Shown: positions 1 to 13,420, counted from the first letter of the stretch. The stretch is 64,000 bases of DNA from Selaginella moellendorffii (GCF_000143415.4 NW_003314274.1:1750851-1814850); one strand, 5' to 3'. The notes: generated by a model not told the origin, from the sequence alone. Translations and numbers: made by a program.

Positions 1-749
1 ATTATCCATCCTAGAACTCACCACTTATAAAACCATCATAACTAATATGTATTGAAATAGAGATTTCAAATGCATGATTTAAATATAAGCAATGAAATCA
101 CACCTCATTACAAATCATCTTTTAAAGAAAAAAAGATAATTTAAGTGTTTGATCCTTTATCCTTGATGACTCTCTTTTTTATCTCAGGTTAACTAAACCT
201 CAAGTTTACATTTGCACTACATTCAATCCAATCTAAGAAAAATTTATGAGAGAACACATCAATGATTACTTGAACGAATAAACTAATCCCTACAGTCTTA
301 ATTGATCCACTTATAATCATGTCTAAAAAGAATCCACAAGTATAACTATGGACTAGCTTATTTGGCACTTATAGCTAATCTAGAGGAGGTTTACTTTTAC
401 CCATAGTAATATAAAACAACTCATAGTAATCATCAATAGTCTTGTTAACTTAAAGTGTAACCTTAAGCTGCTAATATGCTTTATACAAGCCCAAGCACAA
501 ACTCGTGCAAATGGTTCATAAAAAATTCATCTTATAAGCCTAAGGAAAAACTCATACAATATTATTTATAAAGGTAACCAAAAATCCATACCCAAAAAGA
601 CATAGCAACCAAATGTATACCTACTCAAATCATTGTTTTCATCTCTATATTTACAACAAAATTAGTTGCTTAATCTCATTAGATAGTACTCATTTAAATA
701 TATTCTTTGATACTAAATGTAGCACACATGGGGTTAAGTTCGGAGTTCC
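1..749 (-). mobile_element. Degenerate AT-rich TE remnant, possibly retrotransposon gag
   Basis: CpG-depleted, no ORF; minus-strand fragment KTIDDYYELF is weakly gag-like. Confidence 0.3.
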
Positions 750-1209
750 NNNNNNNNNNNNNNNNNNNNNNNNNNNNNNNNNNNNNNNNNNNNNNNNNNN
801 NNNNNNNNNNNNNNNNNNNNNNNNNNNNNNNNNNNNNNNNNNNNNNNNNNNNNNNNNNNNNNNNNNNNNNNNNNNNNNNNNNNNNNNNNNNNNNNNNNNN
901 NNNNNNNNNNNNNNNNNNNNNNNNNNNNNNNNNNNNNNNNNNNNNNNNNNNNNNNNNNNNNNNNNNNNNNNNNNNNNNNNNNNNNNNNNNNNNNNNNNNN
1001 NNNNNNNNNNNNNNNNNNNNNNNNNNNNNNNNNNNNNNNNNNNNNNNNNNNNNNNNNNNNNNNNNNNNNNNNNNNNNNNNNNNNNNNNNNNNNNNNNNNN
1101 NNNNNNNNNNNNNNNNNNNNNNNNNNNNNNNNNNNNNNNNNNNNNNNNNNNNNNNNNNNNNNNNNNNNNNNNNNNNNNNNNNNNNNNNNNNNNNNNNNNN
1201 NNNNNNNNN
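750..1209. other. Assembly gap (N run)
   Basis: Run of n characters; ORFs spanning it are artefacts. Confidence 0.99.
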
Positions 1210-1765
1210 CAGGGAACAAAATGACTCCTGGATAGACGACCCAAGGAATAAAGGGACAAAAGTAGGAAGTGATATGGAGACAATCCTAAAATAGGGAACA
1301 TCACAATATTAAGACCACTATGCAAAATAAGCTAAATGGAATTTGATGCTATTTTGGCATACTAATGGCTTAATGCGAGATTATGGATACTCCAACAATT
1401 AGCCAGACATAGAATAAGGACAAACATGCAAACAAAGAACTAGATTATGCCTCAGGTTAATCAGCCATACCTAACCTACCCACTATCTCTATTATACATT
1501 TGGAAACCTTTACAATTTTCTAAGCATTAGTCTTTGAGACAATTACAAAATACTTACTAAGTATGGAATGACACTAGATTACAAGTCTGGACATGAGAAT
1601 AACACCATTGTGTTTAGGATAATCTCTACATCTATAGATAAACCTCATTAGTAGATCTAAACACTTTCCATAAATAACCAATAGAACAGAACATGACCAA
1701 CATATGGGGAAAGCTGTCTTGGAAGACACAATAAGCTATCATTTAGCTAATAATTAGGGATTAAA
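1210..1765. repeat. Dispersed repeat copy, inverted relative to 7800-8260
   Basis: Its reverse complement aligns by eye to 7800-8260 (shared ctattggttatt, gtttagatctactaatga, aatctagtgtcattc, tgggtaggt). Confidence 0.75.
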
Positions 1766-1784
1766 CTCGATATCACGAGGGTCT

Positions 1785-1978
1785 TGTTAGAACCCAAGGA
1801 AGAATTACCACACTAACGCAAAGCAAATCACCACCTAGCCACCCCTGAGCCCTTTGCACCATTGCTCACCACCATATCCAGAAGCCCTTGATTAGTTGTG
1901 AACTAATCTGTTGTAAAATAAATTGACTAAACTTAAGTTAGTCATACTTTAAGCAATATTAATCCCAAGATTATAGCA
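1785..1978 (-). repeat. 3' LTR of Gypsy element
   Basis: tgttagaacccaaggaagaattacc...ttatagca, adjoined by cctcccccca (PPT on the minus strand). Confidence 0.85.
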
Positions 1979-4900
1979 ATCCTCCCCCCAACCAAAGTCC
2001 TTCTTTGCAAAGACTGCCTGGTGACTAATCACACTTCTTGGGGCTTTGGCTCTATCCCTTCTTCCTCAACCTAAAATATCCAAGAGGAATCTACTTGAGA
2101 TTCTTTATTAAAATACCTTTCAACTGGCTAACATAGAAAATTGGGCGTACTTTTACCCCACTTAGCAACTTCACTTGGTAAGCCACTTTACTAATACATT
2201 CCAAAACTTCATAGGGACTTGAGTACCTAGGAGATAGCTTATCACTTCTCCCATCTCTTAAGGATATGATGGTTATATGACTCTATAATACTGGAAATAT
2301 CACTTGCATATACACCAAGTTGCCAACCTTGAATTCGTTAAAAGTTTGATACTCATCAATATACATTTTAACTTGATCTTGAGCCATTTGCAAATTCCTT
2401 TTGCATACATTTAGAATTTCATCCTGTTCTATGGATAAAATTTTTGACTCACTATCCATCTTAGATCCTTGAGATCCAAATAAACTAAGCTCAAAAGCTT
2501 TCCTTGGATGACAGCTATGCATCACAAAATAAAGTGTTATCTTGGTACCACTATATTAGCTGTATTATAGGCAAACTCCACAAGGAATAAAAATTTATCC
2601 CATTGTTTTTGTTGCTTATGAACAATGCATTATAACATGTCCTCAACCACCTAGTTGACTTGCTCAAAGTTTCCATCTGTCTAAAGATGATCCCTAGTAC
2701 TTAGCTTGATGCCAATCTTCACAAAACTTCTCTAAAATTCACTTATAAATTTGAGTCTCCATCACTCAAAATCTCTATTGGCAAACCAAACTAAAGAAAG
2801 ACACACTCAAGGTATACCACAACTAGGTCCACATCCTTTGCCACCTTCTTTAAAGGAATTAACCTTACAAAATTGGTCAAGCAATCTATAATGATTTAAG
2901 CTTGTTCATTTTGCCTCTATATTTTTGGCAAATATGTGATAAAACCCAAGGATATGCTCATCCATCTAACATTTGGGATATGCAATGGCACCAAAATCCC
3001 TGTTGGCTTTTTCCTTGGCATCTTCACTTCTTGACAATTCTCGCATGTCTTGCAATACTCGAGAATCATTTTCATGTTCTTCGAAAAGAACTTGCACTTG
3101 ATCAACTTGTAAATCTTCTTCTTCCCAAAATGACTAGCCTTCGAGTGGTCATGGTAATAATAATAGAGGATATGGTTGATAAACTCATTAGCTTGGGAAG
3201 ATTAGCTTGGGAAGATATACCTGGCCATTATACAAAAGCAAACCATTCTAGCATGAGAAAGGTGGCTTTGTGCACACAATAAGCTCTTGTACCTCAGCAT
3301 CTTACTGCTAAACTTGCCTGACCAAACCAGAAAATTCAGTTATAGCCTTTGTCAAAGTAGAAAGTAGAGTGCACACAAGACAAGGCATCATCCACCACAT
3401 TTGCATGTCCAACTTTGTGCTCAGTTGGAAATTTACCAAACTCCATGAGTTTGATCATCTAGTGTACCTGGTGAGAGTTAAGCTTTGGGTGAATAACAAC
3501 ACCAATGGCTTATAGTCTGTGAACATTGTAAATATGATGCTAAATAAATAATGTTGCCACACATGTAGTGTATTAATAATTGCCAACAACTCTTGCTTAT
3601 ACATAGAGTATCGTGGCTCTATTGGGTTTATTATCCTACTCTCATATGCAATAGGATGATTGTCTTGCATGAGAACACTACCCACAATATAGCCACTTGC
3701 ATCCACAACCATTGTATATGGTTTATTTGGATCCCCAATATATAAAACCAGAGTATTCCTTTAAAGCTTGAAAAAGCTTTGTTCTAGCAATGTCTCCCAT
3801 TCAAAAGGAGTGTTCTGACAAAGCAATTGTGTCAAGAGAAGAGTAATATTAGCATAATGCTTCATAAACTTGTAGTATAATAGCTAGCCATTCCTAAGAA
3901 ACTCCTCAACTCAACAACATTTATTAGTTGGTCATTCTTTACGCATTTAAGTGCCATGCAGAGTTTCGAGCTTTCTTATCAATTTTGACTCCCTCAGCAG
4001 AGACAATATAGTCTAAATAACTGACATTTACTCCACTTAACATAAAGCTTATGCTTACGTAACAACTCCAACACTTTGTGCAAATGCTAACTATACTCAA
4101 TTTACTAAAGAAAAGAATATCATCAAGATCTCCACAAAGTCATGCAATTACTCCTTAAACATGTGGGTCATGAGCCTTGTAAAAGTTGCTGGTGTATTCA
4201 TAAGTCTGAATGGCATCATCATAAATTCAAAATGCCTGAAACTCATAGAGAAAGCTGATTTTGTGATATTCATATCATTTAGAGCAATTTGATGATAACC
4301 AATTCACAAGTTAATCTTGGTAAAGCTCATGGTTTCCCCAAGCCTATCCAAGATGTCATCTACACACAAGATTCGCATTTTATCCTTGACTGTTTTCTTG
4401 TTTAAAGCACAGTAATTAATACATATCTACATTAAGCCATATTTCTTCTTAAAAAGCAAGATTAGTACACCAAATGGAGACTTGCTTAGCTGGATAAAGC
4501 TGTACTCAAGTAAATCCATCACTTGATGCTTGACCTCTACTTTCTCAGCATGATTTAGCTAAAACGGTCATCAATAGATAAGCTTTATGCTTGGTTCAAG
4601 CACAATTTCGTGCTCAACTCCATGTAAAGGTGGCAAGCCCCATGCTAACTCAGCTGGGAACATGTCTTTGAACTCCTCAAGTTCTTTCACCACTACTGAT
4701 TCACCATGCAAAACCTTTAACCTATCCAACTCTCAAATATATATGAAATAGAGCTTATTCTCTTTATTGCACACAACACTCTTCAACGACATTGCTAATG
4801 TCAACTTAGTCAAGTTTGGAATATCACTTCCAAACCCTAGTATCATGTACACCACCATACTCAAGCTTCACGTGTCAAAGGCTCCACTTGATCTTGAGAT

Positions 4901-6312
4901 CAACACATATGTGCCACAACATGACAATGATCATATCAACATGATGTAAATCCACAAGAAAGAAATCTTCCACCATAGTGATCTTGCCAACTTTCACCAT
5001 TAAATCATACACTGCACCATCCCACTGTTTGTTCTCGATGGAAGCTCTAGAAATCCCATAAGGAATCACTTTAGTCACTGGTAGCTTGTACTCCTTGACC
5101 AACTTTGTTGAGATAAAATTATTGGAACTATTACTGTCCAACAGAATGCACACTAAACAATCTCCTAACAATCCCTCGACTCGAATCAAATAGGATTCCA
5201 AAGCCAAGTCTATGCTCCAAATCCCATTGAGTGTACAGGCAATCACAAAGATATACTTCTTGCCCGGATTCTCCTCACATTGCATTTCTTAGACCTTCTT
5301 CCCACTTGAAGCTCTAATGCTTATATTCAAAGACTTGTTCTTGTTTTTCAACAGAGGAAAATCTACATTCCAATAGTCTTCCTCACCACCACACTTATAG
5401 CAATGGTTATGCATTTTCTTGGTAATCCATGGCTTTTTGCCAATGCCTTGACCACCATTGCCACCACCACCTTCCACATGAGACTTCAATGACCACTACC
5501 ACCACTAGTCTTGTCTGAGGAGGGGCTCCTCCCACATTTGACACGCTTATTTTGAGGACATGGCTTGCCCTCGTCCACCAAATTCCGAGCTTGTTTAGAA
5601 AGCTCCTTAAAATAATTTGTTGTTTTGGAAATTTTCAAATGATCTCACATCCCCTTGTTGCACAAGCCATCCACAAAGTAATCCTTTTGGACCTCCTCAG
5701 TGTAGTCATTGGGCACCCAATTTAGTAACATCCCAAACTTCTTGATATACTTTTTCAGGCTTAAATTGTCTTGCTTCAAGTATCAAAGTTCATATTGTGC
5801 ATAAAGAGCATTATAGTGAGGAGCAAATTCTTGCTTCAAAGCTTCCTCAAATTTAATTAGCAACACCAAATGTCATTTGCCAGCATTGGTACGTTGGAAC
5901 AAAAGGCGAGTCTACCAATGTGTAGCCCAACCTTTAAGTGCCACCTTCACAAGGATTAGTGCATCCTCATCTAGCAATCCTTGAACCTAGATTAGTTTCA
6001 AGGTCTTGCATAGCCAGCTGAGTGCCTCATTTACAAGGATATCAGTGCCATTAAACTCAGGAATCCAAGCTTGATCAGTGACATGACTCTTGCCACCGTG
6101 AGAATTCTCCATCTTCCTAATGGACTCACATATCTTTGCCAAAGATCCATGCAAATCAACCTCAAGGTCTAGATATTGCTGTTGAGAGCTTGTAATTCCA
6201 ACATCACCTCATCTATTGTCCAATCCTCCACAGATGATTGATTAGCAACTTCCTTCACAGAATCCATAACAACAAACTTGCTGATGCTCAAACTCTACCC
6301 TTTGATATCAAT

Positions 6313-6539
6313 TATTAGAACCTAAGGAAGAATTACCTCACTAACGCAAAAAAAATTACCACCCTACCAGCCCTAAGTCCTCTATGCCATTGCTCATGGC
6401 TATGAGCACACTCCCACTCCCCATTGTATCCAAAAACTCTTGATTAGTTTTGAACTACTCTATTGTAAAATAAACTGACTAAACTTAACTTAGTCATACT
6501 TTAAGCCACTGGATTAATATTAATCCTAAAATTATAATC
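6313..6539 (-). repeat. 5' LTR of Gypsy element
   Basis: tattagaacctaaggaagaattacc...ttataa, a diverged match to 1785-1978; preceded by ctttgatatca (reverse complement tgatatcaaag, resembling the tggtatcagag PBS). Confidence 0.82.
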
Positions 6540-6671
6540 TAAGGAAGTGCAAATCAATGAATGATTTCTTTAACAAGTCAAATATACTACTTAAAAATTC
6601 TGTCTCAATGAATGAATTTCTCTAACCAGATTAAATATGCTTGACTAATAACACTTAAAAATTCCATCTTT

Positions 6672-6797
6672 ATGTGTAAGTTTATGAATTTAAACTTCCC
6701 AGAAGATTATCTAGCCTAGTACTATCAAACCTAAGGATGCTTAACCCTAAATATCTCAAGACCCTTAACCAATTAAAAAAAAAGGGTACACTCTTGA
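6672..6797 (+). repeat. Dispersed direct repeat, copy 1 (copy 2 at 8521-8648)
   Basis: Shared atgtgtaagtt...ttatctagcctagtactat...aagacccttaaccaa...aaaagggt(a/g)cactcttg. Confidence 0.8.
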
Positions 6798-7309
6798 GCC
6801 CTTTTTCTTTGTATTTGAACTCCTATGAATCATCTTTTAAATCCACCTTTTTTTTTGTTACTTACAAAAAAAACATAAGTATTGGATCTTGACTAGCGCA
6901 ATATTCCCATAATCTATCTATCTAGAATAGTAATTGGCTCAATTAGATATAAACACCCTTAGTCTATATATAGATATATTCCCTCATACATCAACTAAAG
7001 ATTATATATTAAATATGGTATCATAGCAATAATCTAATTGGCCTGTTAGAGAGTAGCACAAGGAATATTTGGAGTCCTTGTTTGTACTAAATATAATTGA
7101 AAATAATTGTTGAGATTGGGTTAATGCACTTTAATGATTCTTAGAGGTACCGAGTATAAATAGTTTTTGAACATTTTATTTATCCAGATGATGTGGAAAG
7201 TTTTTAAACTTTTCCAGATTATTGATTTGAATGTCTTAAACCACATAGCTTTTAAGTAGGGCCAAACTATCTTTAATTTCATTAATGAGCGACCGGGAAT
7301 GCGTGAGTC

Positions 7310-7409
7310 NNNNNNNNNNNNNNNNNNNNNNNNNNNNNNNNNNNNNNNNNNNNNNNNNNNNNNNNNNNNNNNNNNNNNNNNNNNNNNNNNNNNNNNNNNN
7401 NNNNNNNNN
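7310..7409. other. Assembly gap (N run)
   Basis: Run of n characters. Confidence 0.99.
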
Positions 7410-7799
7410 GATCATAAACTCTCATTTTATATATTTATCGCCAATACTATTGAAGATACTACCAAATGCCAACCTTGAAAAGATGTTTAACAACATACTT
7501 TAAAATTTCTTTCACTTTGGTTTTCCTTTTATTAGGCAATTGGTAGTATCGTGAATATAACTGTAGGTATCAAAAGTTAAATATTGATGAGTCCTTTTAA
7601 ATATTCTTCTTTTATTACCACGATAGTAGAAGATTTTTATTGCTAATTTCCTTTGTAGCCCTTTTGATCAAATGTTAGTAAACTAGGCTTAGTATTTGTA
7701 TTTGGCCAAAAAAAAAGGAATTCCTAAATATCTATTTAGTTAGTATAGTTTGTTAATTCTCTTTTGCTCTAGTTTACATTAGCTTAACAAAATTAGGCA

Positions 7800-8810
7800 T
7801 TAATCTCTCAATATCATTACATAATAACTTATTATATTTGCTAAACACCCTCACCATATCTTATTTAGTCCTATTGGTTATTGAAAAACGTTTAGATCTA
7901 CTAATGATATATATATGGAATGTAAGGATTATTTTAAACATGATAGTGTAATTCCTATGTCTAGTTTCACAATCTAGTGTCATTCTATATTTAGTAGGTT
8001 TTTGAAATTAAGAATAATGGGTAGGTCAGGCATAACTAACTAATCTATAGCATTATTTATTTCTTTATTAAGTATGTCTATCTTTGTTTTACATCTAGTT
8101 TAGGTTTAAATCCAAGCTATCCATATTACCTAGTGGAGTATCTATATTTTTGTGTTAAGCTGCTAATATGCTAAAATAACACTAAATTTTTATGTTATAT
8201 GCTAGTCTTGGCGTTAGAGTCCTAGGACTATTCAAATATCATTTCGTGCTCTTATTCTTTTACTTTTTAACTATACATTTGTGAGTTGTACCATGCTCAT
8301 ATTCCTCACTCCTTGGCTATATATTTAGAAGTTTGGTTTTGTCCCTTTGTTCAGTGTTTAAGGTTCTAAAACTCTAATTTTTCTTTGTTGTCTTTGACAT
8401 ATATATTTAAGGGTTATATTCAGTTTCATGGTTATCTTATAGTAAATTATCATAGGGTATAAAGTGAAAATCACATACATATGAATAGGAGTTTAATTCC
8501 ATCCTTTAAATCAATATCCTATGTGTAAGTTCCTAAATTTGGACTTTTCAAAAGGTTATCTAGCCTAGTACTATTCAAATCCAAAGACCATTAACCCCAA
8601 ATATCCAAAGACCCTTAACCAACTTTAAAAAAAAGGGTGCACTCTTGTTCATAAACTTAACCTTTGTGAATTATCTCTCAAATTATTCCATTTAGTTGCT
8701 TACACTAAAGACTTTAAATTTGGGTTTTACTTTATTGCCCTTGGCATATGTGTTTAAGGGTTATGTTCCACTCTATGGTTATCCTATAATAAATTATTAT
8801 AGGGGTAAAC
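7800..8810. repeat. TE-derived repeat block with internal direct repeats
   Basis: Inverted homology to 1210-1765; direct repeat 8395-8458 vs 8742-8806 (tttaagggttat...tggttatc.tata.taaattat.ataggg); copy of 6672-6797 at 8521-8648. Confidence 0.7.
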
Positions 8811-10275
8811 ACTATGTGACAAAACTTGGTAGACTCATTTTCAATAAATAGTTTCATAATACCTTCTTTACTTCATAAGAATCAAATCATATTACTTTAG
8901 CTCAAATGAAAATTAAGATACTTATCTTACTTTTTTAGAGTGTTTAGGTTTTTCTGGTGCTGCCTTGTTTTTCATTCTGTTGTAATAATAATTAGTATAA
9001 AATGTATTTAAACAAGTTAAAAAATATTTATTCACTTCAGTTTTTACTATAGAGGCAAGTTGTTATAGCTATTGCATAACATCAGCCTCATTGCTAATAC
9101 TGTTTTTAGAAACCTTTTTTGTATGAATAAAAAATATTTAAAACCATATAATAATTTACCTCAAAATCAACTACTGTGGCTATTAGTTTCTCTGACTGTG
9201 AGACAATTTTTATCTGGGGTATTATGGTGGTTTTGTTTCATAGCTTTCAACTGAGGTAATTGCCTCATCAATATATGGTTCCCTATAACTCATAAATTGA
9301 AATCACTTATGTTTTGCAAGTTTTTTATTAGTCCAAAAATATATAGATCTTGAAAGTAATATCTCATTCTTCCTCTATCATTTATATTATCCTACACCCT
9401 AAAACTAGTGCTCACTTTTGCCACTATAAATCTCATTAAATTCATTGTGATACTCTAATATAAGACTTTAGTTAATAAATAACCTCCTACACTTAAAAAC
9501 CAATAAAAATTATATGGTTTTAATTTAAAAAGCTCATACCTTGGTTTTTAGTGATGAATAAAATTGTGAAATCCCATACAGCCATTTTGCTAAGGAATGG
9601 TATATGCAAACCATCTAATAACTTTAATTTAATAAGTGTGTTGTAGTGAATTTTGAGAATCTTATAAGAATGTTTTTTGTGTTGCATTTTGTCATAAACA
9701 TCCACCACAATACCAGTTCGACCAACCACAATATTCTTTTTATAATGTGGTCATCTCATTCATACTAGAAAAAGTTTCTATACAAAAAAAAAAACCATAT
9801 AGCTATCTATATAGTTTTCAAGTTGGTTATCAAGATTTTTATTTACTATTTTTCTTATTTTCCAAGCTATTAAATTTTTGATTCTCAAATCCTAGAATAT
9901 GTGAAACTGCACCATGGTTTTATCTAGTGAGTACTCAATGTACTTCTTGCCTAAATCCTTCACTATTTGCTTTTCTTGCTTCAAATATTATTGTAGATTA
10001 ATAAGTTTTTTTGGTGATCTAATATGGTAATTTTTTACTATACATGCATTTAATGAGTTGGATCTATAGCTAAATGTTCTTGTCTTTGCTAAACTATGTC
10101 TATATAATCCTATTATAAGGAACCAACTCCCTAATGTGTTGTAGGCTAAAAGATCCCCGAAATCAAGACCAAAACAATAAAAAGTTCATGGAGATAGAGT
10201 CCGAAATTAAGTCCAAAACTGAGTTCGATATTAATACAAGTCGTGTGGTGAAAGCCCAAAGTGATCATCTCCCTC

Positions 10276-10774
10276 GGGGTGGTCACTCTTTATAAACATT
10301 ATATATCATCTGCATTCTAGAAGTTTAGAATAGGCCTAGTATACGTTTTTTGTTGTTCATAATTTGCCCCATACCCTTACATATATGCATTTTTTCAAGT
10401 CTTAAATAAACCCCCAATTCTTATATATACATAGAATATTCTGCTATTTTTGCATAAAGATGTAGAGGATGGGGATCAAAAGAAGCCTGTGGGTTTCGTC
10501 AGGGTTCATACATACATAACAACATCACACTTCATACCTACTGCACTTGAGATCTATTGCCCTCTACAACCTGCTACTGTAGACAGCCCTAGATGAGCAC
10601 CACCTCCTCCCCTACCCGTACGTACGAAAATTTTCAAATTAAACTCAACCCTAAGGCCTGTATGTATACGTACGGTTTGCACCCAAAATAACCCTAATCC
10701 GTACATATAGATGATATATACGGTTATATAAAAGTGACCACCCCAAGTCATCTACTAGGGGGGGTTGCAGAGGG
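10276..10774. mobile_element. MITE-like or foldback element with nested imperfect inverted repeats
   Basis: 10276-10315 is an imperfect reverse complement of 10705-10744; 10560-10583 is an imperfect reverse complement of 10751-10774. Confidence 0.5.
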
Positions 10775-10800
10775 TTCCAAACGTATAGTAGGGATAATAA

Positions 10801-12305
10801 GGCTAAAGACCCAGTCTTGAAAGAATTCTTCAATAGTGCTTTTAAACTGAGTTAAGGTTGGGACTAAAGGTTAGTGACCTTGGTTGGGAGTGAATATAGA
10901 CTCAGGTGGTGCCAAAGTAACCCTTTAAAGAAATCCTTAAAAACAACTCTCACTCCTGTAAGGGAAATCGACTAAGGCACCCTTAACTCATATACAATAG
11001 TGCCCCATTTGAGTATTATGTAGCTTATTGATCTTCACTCTTTCTAAGGGGCTTGGGTTTTCCCTTTGGGATGGAAGTGGGGGAGTAGAGGTACCCATAC
11101 CGAGCTGTTAAGCCATAGTATTTCCCTTTTGAAGTAAGAAATACACCCATAGTTTGGGATTTAAAAGGTCCTATAATCAAATCTTGTCATACTAAAGGAT
11201 ATTAAGAACCTAAAGGCTTGGCATGCTTAGCTTCTTGTGCTTATTAGGAGTGTAGTCAAACCTTAAATCCAATTTAACATGGGGAGGGAATATCATATAT
11301 TAAGACTTGAAGGTATGTTGAAGGTAAGCTAATTAGCATAGGTTTAGCTAAGTTGACCATGCATAAAGAATTAGGGGATGTCAATTTTGTAAACATATTC
11401 TACAAAGGTTGGATTTAAGTTCCAACCCTTTAGTAAAGCAAGATTAGGTTCAAGTCCCAACCTTCTACTAAGGTGAGGTGAGGTGAGGGGTATGGGGATA
11501 GCTATATCTTGTTATCATTGGCTCCTAATCAGGGAAGTTAACTTAGGCATACTATTAAGTGGGGGGATGCCTTTGGGGCCATAGTCAACAAGTTATAGGA
11601 TTAAATAGTTATGTTTGATGTGGGTATCAAACTTCTTTTATAAGTGCTAGAGTTGTAAGGAACTAAATCTTTGAGGTGTCATAGGCTAAGGATCCCTGAA
11701 ATCATGATTGAGACAATAAAGAGTTTATTGAATGAGACTAAGTCTAAGATCAAGTTCAAATCAAATCCAAGACCGAGTTTTAGACCAAGTCTAAGACTAA
11801 GCTATAAAGGGTTCCAAAAGTATACTAAGGATAGTGAGGCTAAAGACTTAGTCTTAAAGGAACTCTCGAATTGTGCTTCCAAACCAAGTTGAGGTTAGGA
11901 TTGAAGGTTAGTAGCCTTGGGTGGGAGTGAGCATAAACTGAAAGGGTGCCAAAGATGACCCCCAAGGAAGTGCTCAAAAGTAGCTCCCACTCATGGAAAG
12001 AAAACCAATTACAATACTCCCAACTCATATGAAGTGGTGCTTTACTTGAATATAATATAACTTATTAGTCCTCGCTCCTTTTGAAAGGCTTGGGCCTTCC
12101 CTTTGGGACAAAAGTGGGGGAGTAAGGGTACTTATACCAGGTTGTTAGCCCATGGTGTTTTTTTTTGAGTTCCCGAAGTAAAAAATGCACTTATGGCTTA
12201 AGATTTAAAAAATCCCATAATCAAATTTTATCATACCAAAGGATGTTAAGAATATGAAGGCTTGGTGTGCTTTGTTACTTGTGCCTGTGAGGAGTTTAGC
12301 CAAAC
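10801..12305. repeat. ~465 bp diverged direct repeat pair (10801-11262 and 11838-12305) in TE-like DNA
   Basis: Both start ggctaaagac..agtctt and share ttccctttggga...aagtgggggagta and gaggagt.tag.caaac. Confidence 0.8.
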
Positions 12306-13293
12306 TTTCCTTAAGTTTATAATTTGATACTTTAATTAGACTTTGCATAAGTACATAAAGTTTGACCTTGCAAAAATTCCTCTATTAAATCTTGAATGTT
12401 CGCTAGGTTTTCTGTCAATTCCCATATTGCTTAACATAGTGGAATTCTCTTCCATTTTACATGGAACTCCTATCTTTGTTGCTTGCCTTTGTGCACATCC
12501 CTCTTCCCGTTAGACAACCTCGAATAAAAGTCTTATTTGGTCTTTGTGAAACAAATCCTTAAGTTCACGTGGAATATAAGATGCATCTTCTCCATCTCTT
12601 AGGGAAGTCAAAGGTGGTAAGCCATTTTACCAATTTAAGCCTCAATTTCAAAGGGCTTTGCAAATTTATTTAAAAAACTCAAGATCAATTCATTTCTAGT
12701 ACTATATATATATATATATTTACTTACCTTTAAATCAATTTTTAGTTGATCCCACTTGGTATCTTTAAGTTCTTAGTGTTCAGCCACACCTTCTTCCCAA
12801 GTTAAAACACTATATCTTAACACTTTTGATTCACATATTTAATTTGTCTTTGTTAAGCCCATTTCAAAAAATCCCTCTCTATATTCTAAATGTTAAGTCT
12901 TTTCGCCTCCTCCATAATACTCAGCTATGTTAAGTTTTATAGAGCTTTCAATAGCTCATTTATTGATGACTTCCCATGGACTCACGGTGTGTAATGGTGT
13001 GTAACTTATGGGCGGCATCACGATTGTGAGATGAGCTACTTGTATTTCTGGGTCAATGAAGGTGATCTAACAAGTGCAAAAACCATGATACAAGAGCTGA
13101 CATAGCTACCAATGAAGATTGTCACAATCCAAAGCTGCATTAGTGGTATCACTTGTTTCTACATGAATTATCTACTGGACATGTGAGCTTGGGGCATTCA
13201 CAGGTTGAAAGATAATGGGGAATGGGTTACTATTTGAAAAATGGTACCACTGGAGTTCCCAATATTTTTGTTAGCATCCGTGGACAGGCATCG

Positions 13294-13420
13294 TAGATCA
13301 AGCCAAAGAGAAAGTTTGATTTAAATTGGATTGTGGTGTAGGGAGTGATAGATCAAGGCAAAGAGAAGAGCTTGATCCAAATTGGATTGTAATGCTCGAG
13401 GATAGCAAATATAAACCTAT
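13294..13420 (+). pseudogene. Tandem duplicated fragment resembling the 3' end of the S-domain RLK at 31612-31712
   Basis: gtgatagatcaaggca and ttgatccaaattggattgt occur both here and in the RLK C-terminus; two ~55 bp units. Confidence 0.6.

Larger units (their letters stand above)
1785..6539 (-). mobile_element. Degenerate Ty3/Gypsy LTR retrotransposon (gag-PR-RT-RH-IN) with both LTRs
   Basis: Minus-strand remnants: zinc knuckle CYKCGGEEDYW, protease LLDSNSSNNFIS, RNaseH VDASGYIVGSVLMQDNHPIAYESR...KQELLAI, integrase CKTCENCQ...PTGILVPLHIP and LSPRYSSPY (GPY/F-like). Similar LTRs at 1785-1978 and 6313-6539, PPT and Met-tRNA-like PBS. Many stops and frameshifts. Confidence 0.93.

Noticed and set aside
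613-1325. Long ORFs across the first gap
   Set aside because: Produced by N runs.
12980-13290. LKDNGEWVTI resembling a 2OG-Fe(II) dioxygenase fragment
   Set aside because: Too short, stop-interrupted, and no HxD or other motif found.
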